A program made the position numbers and the translations under genes. A DNA stretch of 64,000 bases, taken from positions 704 to 64,703 of the forward strand of contig CALVQE010000002.1 in NCBI GenBank assembly GCA_944355355.1, in the 5' to 3' direction. The notes below the pieces were generated by a model. The model ran no database searches, was not told where the DNA came from, and saw nothing but the letters and a program-made list of their open reading frames with translations. This document shows positions 60,878 through 64,000 of the stretch, piece by piece. This DNA comes from an uncultured Bacilli bacterium (GTDB taxonomy: Bacteria > Bacillota_I > Bacilli_A > RF39 > UBA660). The number at the start of each line of letters is the position of its first letter. Position 1 is the stretch's first letter.

Positions 60878-61033
60878 ATGTATAAAACGATTGTGATTAG
60901 TTATTCACCAAAGGCAGATGATATGGCACAAAAAATAGAAGAAAAAGCAAATGAAATGTTAGAAAAAGGATATGAGTTAGTTACTATGTCCATTACTGGA
61001 ACAGCAAAAGCAATTTTAGTATTTAAAAAGTAA
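60878..61033 (+). CDS. Small 51-aa protein
   Basis: Strong RBS taggaggtgg. MYKTIVISYSPKADDMAQKIEEKANEMLEKGYELVTMSITGTAKAILVFKK. The ORF-track entry 60755-61033 is this ORF extended upstream through the junction repeat. Confidence 0.55.
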   Translation: MYKTIVISYSPKADDMAQKIEEKANEMLEKGYELVTMSITGTAKAILVFKK

Positions 61034-61055
61034 GTAAAAAATAAGGAGGCCAACT

Positions 61056-61589
61056 ATGAATAAAATTATAATTTATGGATCTTGCTATGGGACTACAAAA
61101 CAATATGCTGAAGAACTTTCGAAAAGAACCAATATAAAGGCGGTGTCTTTTAAAGAAGTTACTTCCCAAATAAATGAGTATGATAATATTATTTACTTAG
61201 GAGGATTATACGCTGGTGGCGTATTAGGCCTTTTAAAAACACTAAAAAAGATAAAGAATATATCAGATAAAAAAATTATTCTTGTAACAGTTGGTCTTGC
61301 AGACCCGACAATTGAAGAAAATAAAACAAATATTCGGAAACAGCTAAAGAGTCAGATATCTAAAGAAATTTTTGAAAACATAACAATATTTCATTTAAGA
61401 GGTGGGATAGATTATTCAAAATTAAACTTTGGTCATAAGACAATGCTGAAATTACTATATAATTCAGTTAAAAGATTACCGGAAGATGCCCAAACAGCAG
61501 AAGATAGGGCGATGATTGAAACGTATAATAAAAAGGTCAATTTCGTTGATTTTTCCTCTTTGGATAAAATCATCAACGAAATAGAATAG
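61056..61589 (+). CDS. Flavodoxin-domain protein
   Basis: MNKIIIYGSCYGTTKQYAEEL matches the flavodoxin-like FMN-binding N-terminus. RBS aaggagg. Confidence 0.65.
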   Translation: MNKIIIYGSCYGTTKQYAEELSKRTNIKAVSFKEVTSQINEYDNIIYLGGLYAGGVLGLLKTLKKIKNISDKKIILVTVGLADPTIEENKTNIRKQLKSQISKEIFENITIFHLRGGIDYSKLNFGHKTMLKLLYNSVKRLPEDAQTAEDRAMIETYNKKVNFVDFSSLDKIINEIE

Positions 61590-61709
61590 TTTGTATAAGT
61601 AAATTGTTTCTAATTTTTGGGTAAAGGTTTGCAAATAAAACGCTATTTACTAAAAAGAGATTGAGAGTTTAAGTAAATTCTGATACAATTTTAGTAAGAG
61701 GTGTTCGCT

Positions 61710-62288
61710 ATGTATTTAGAAGATAAAACAATTTTAGCAAATGTAAAGAAAAGCGTAAAAGAATCCTTTATTGCTCCTTTACTTATTATCATTTTTGCAA
61801 TCGTTTTATATCGTAATCCCGAGAACTTTATCTCGGTAGCTGTGAGTATTTTTGGCTATGGAGCAATATTCATTGGTGTACTAGATTTAGTATTTTACTT
61901 TCGTTTAAATGAGAGTGAAAAACTTTTAAGTAAACATATGAATCAAGGTATTTTATTAATTGCCTTTGGGATTATTGCTTTCTTTGAAAACGCCTTGCTA
62001 AGTGAAATGATCACGGTTTTACTAGGAGGATATATCTTATTTCAAAACGCCAGTCGGATTGGTCTAGCTCTATACTTAAAAAATAAAACCAAAAATGCTT
62101 GGATTTATGTCCTTGTCATGGCTTTAATCAATCTTATTATTGGTTTATTTGTTATCATCAATCCGTTTCAAAATGTTCAACTAAATCTTTATTTGGCAAG
62201 CCTTTTAGTAATCGCTGAAGTCTTTTTAATCATTCAAAATATTCTCATTTTAATAGGAATCCGTAGTCATGACAAAGAAGATAAGTAA
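61710..62288 (+). CDS. HdeD/DUF308-like six-TM membrane protein
   Basis: Repeated paired-helix pattern. ATG 61710 follows agaggtg. Confidence 0.55.
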   Translation: MYLEDKTILANVKKSVKESFIAPLLIIIFAIVLYRNPENFISVAVSIFGYGAIFIGVLDLVFYFRLNESEKLLSKHMNQGILLIAFGIIAFFENALLSEMITVLLGGYILFQNASRIGLALYLKNKTKNAWIYVLVMALINLIIGLFVIINPFQNVQLNLYLASLLVIAEVFLIIQNILILIGIRSHDKEDK

Positions 62289-63822
62289 GATTGTTGCTAT
62301 ACCTTTTAAGCTTCTTTTCAGTCGTTTTACTTTAGCGTTACTATCCGTTTTAATTCAAGCTGCTATTATTGGAGCCATATTCTTTTTCTTTGATAAATAT
62401 CTGCTCTATTATGTCGGCAGCGTTGTTCTTTTTCAAATAGGTTTAACCATCTATATTATCAATTCTAGTATCCAAAGTGAATTTAAGACAGCTTGGATTA
62501 TTTTAGTCTTGTCTTTACCTGTTGTTGGAGGTTTCTTTTTTCTTTTTTGCAAGATTGAACCGACGGTTAAAGCCATGCAAGAAAGATTAAAACGAAGTAA
62601 AAATGAAAATTATAAATATTTACCCCAAAACAGAGAAATTATTGAAAAATTAACGGAAGAAGACCAATCGTTTATAAGTCATGCCAATTACCTTTATAAG
62701 GTTGGTCATTTCCCTGTTTATTATGGCGAAGATATGAAATATTTTGCTTGTGGTGAAGAGGCTTATCCTGATTTGCTTTTCAAACTAAAAGAGGCTAAAA
62801 AATTTATCTTTTTAGAATTCTTTATTATTGCTAATGATGAGATGTGGCAAGAAATTTTAGATATTTTGATTTCAAAGGCTCAAAGTGGTGTTGAAGTCCG
62901 TGTTTTATATGATGGCACTTGTTCTTTTACCCTTTTACCTCGCAACTACCCGGAACTATTAAAAGAGAAGGGGATTAAGTGTTTAATTTTCTCACCAATT
63001 GTTCCTTTGATTTCAACCCATTATAACAATCGTGATCACCGTAAAATCATTGTAATTGATGGAAAATATGGCTATACAGGAGGAATGAATTTAGCAAGTG
63101 AATACATTAACAAAAAGGAAAGATTCGGCTATTGGAAAGATAATCTTTTCCGGTTCTCTGGCGCGGCCGTAAATAGTTTGACCGTTCTTTTTTTAGAATC
63201 TTGGTATCTCTCTCAAAGAAAAAAAGAGATTGCTTACGAACCTTATTTAACGGCTACAAATAATCATAAGAAAGATGGCTACCTTGTTGTTTTAGGGGAT
63301 GATCCATGTGACAATGAGCCAATTAGTAAGATGACTTACATTCATTTACTATATACAGCAAAGAAGAGCATTGACATTGTTACACCATATTTTATTGTCG
63401 ATGGCGAATTTTTAAATGCTTTGTTTTACGCGACAAAAAGAGGTGTTCGCATCCGTTTGATTTTACCAGGAATTCCGGACAAAAAACTCATTAATTACGT
63501 AGCTAAAACATATTACAAGGAACTAGTGACGCACAATGTCAAATTGTATGAATATTCCAAAGGATTCACGCATTTAAAAGAAATGATTTGTGATGATAGC
63601 TCATGTTTTCTTGGCACCTCAAACTTAGACTACCGTAGTTTATACCTTCATTATGAAGATGGTTTGTATTTATATAAAAGTGAGGAAGTCCAAAGAATTA
63701 AGGAAGATTATGATCAAATGATTGCCTCTTCAAAGCTCATCACTTTTGAGGAAATAAAAAAAATAAGCAAAGTAAAAATCTTTTTAGGAAAAATTTTGAG
63801 AATATTTGGACCATTATTATAA
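62269..63822 (+). CDS. cls: Cardiolipin synthase
   Basis: N-terminal two TM helices. Two HKD motifs (HRKIIVIDG...GGMNL and HLKEMICDDSSCFLGTSNLDYRS). Confidence 0.9.
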   Translation: MTKKISKIVAIPFKLLFSRFTLALLSVLIQAAIIGAIFFFFDKYLLYYVGSVVLFQIGLTIYIINSSIQSEFKTAWIILVLSLPVVGGFFFLFCKIEPTVKAMQERLKRSKNENYKYLPQNREIIEKLTEEDQSFISHANYLYKVGHFPVYYGEDMKYFACGEEAYPDLLFKLKEAKKFIFLEFFIIANDEMWQEILDILISKAQSGVEVRVLYDGTCSFTLLPRNYPELLKEKGIKCLIFSPIVPLISTHYNNRDHRKIIVIDGKYGYTGGMNLASEYINKKERFGYWKDNLFRFSGAAVNSLTVLFLESWYLSQRKKEIAYEPYLTATNNHKKDGYLVVLGDDPCDNEPISKMTYIHLLYTAKKSIDIVTPYFIVDGEFLNALFYATKRGVRIRLILPGIPDKKLINYVAKTYYKELVTHNVKLYEYSKGFTHLKEMICDDSSCFLGTSNLDYRSLYLHYEDGLYLYKSEEVQRIKEDYDQMIASSKLITFEEIKKISKVKIFLGKILRIFGPLL

Positions 63823-63864
63823 AATATCTGATATAATAACAAATAGAGAGTAAGGGGTGGACGT

Positions 63865-64000
63865 ATGCGTAAGAAAAATGGTTTTATTGCCACATCATTA
63901 ATCTATTCGTTTTTTCTAGTCTTTGGCTTACTTATGGCCGCAATTTTAGCTAAGAGTGTTGAAAATCGTATCTTAGTCAGAGCTATCCAAGAAGATATAA
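63865..64000 (+). CDS. 5' end of a small-TM protein gene (runs off the window)
   Basis: RBS aaggggtgg. MRKKNGFIATSLIYSFFLVFGLLMAAILAK has a weakly prepilin-like N-terminus (very tentative). Confidence 0.35.
   Translation, partial: MRKKNGFIATSLIYSFFLVFGLLMAAILAKSVENRILVRAIQEDI

Overview
A 64-kb chromosomal window from a low-GC, spore-forming Bacillota. The organism guess (Erysipelotrichia-like) is inference from spoVAC/AD/AE, a Mollicutes-type DUF285 repeat protein, a ThrRS lacking the TGS domain and heavy T-box use. The genetic code is standard: TGA is used as a stop in ATGA gene overlaps. Almost all genes are on the + strand.

Housekeeping genes:
- polA, mutM, thrS, serS, tyrS (each synthetase behind a T-box leader whose specifier codon matches it)
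- tkt, tmcAL(-), yceD-rpmF, tRNA-Arg(ACG), tRNA-Pro(UGG), xfp (phosphoketolase), lexA(-)
- spoVAC/AD/AE, scpA/scpB, tRNA-Leu(CAA), queH, a marR plus heterodimeric ABC exporter, cls

Accessory or unusual regions:
1. 12.8-19.2 kb: a tight four-gene module. It starts with a COG4260/YdjI-type SPFH+SHOCT protein, followed by three membrane proteins that each begin with cytoplasmic zinc ribbons. The last of these carries TSP3-like repeats, a vWA domain and a putative papain-like domain. There is no pspA.
2. 24.0-28.3 kb: tRNA genes followed by an IS1182-family transposase remnant and an ABC/secreted-protein islet.
3. 46.4-46.7 kb: a locus that looks like a type I toxin-antitoxin system (convergent terminators, a hairpin hiding the ribosome-binding site).
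4. 48.9-61.0 kb: the most striking region. A phage tail-collar-type protein is tightly coupled to a ~2,025-aa Rhs/YD polymorphic toxin with no signal peptide and an unrecognised C-terminal toxin domain. It is followed by a seven-gene array of immunity-like cassettes joined by a recurring, frame-switching junction repeat.

Smaller observations:
- ribosomal protein L32 carries an L27-type (Prp-like) N-terminal propeptide
- tandem LexA-like boxes precede a 49-aa membrane peptide
- an orphan promoter-to-terminator sRNA candidate
- three apparent frameshifts, two of them in homopolymer runs

All calls come from reading the sequence and the ORF translations by eye. No database search was run.
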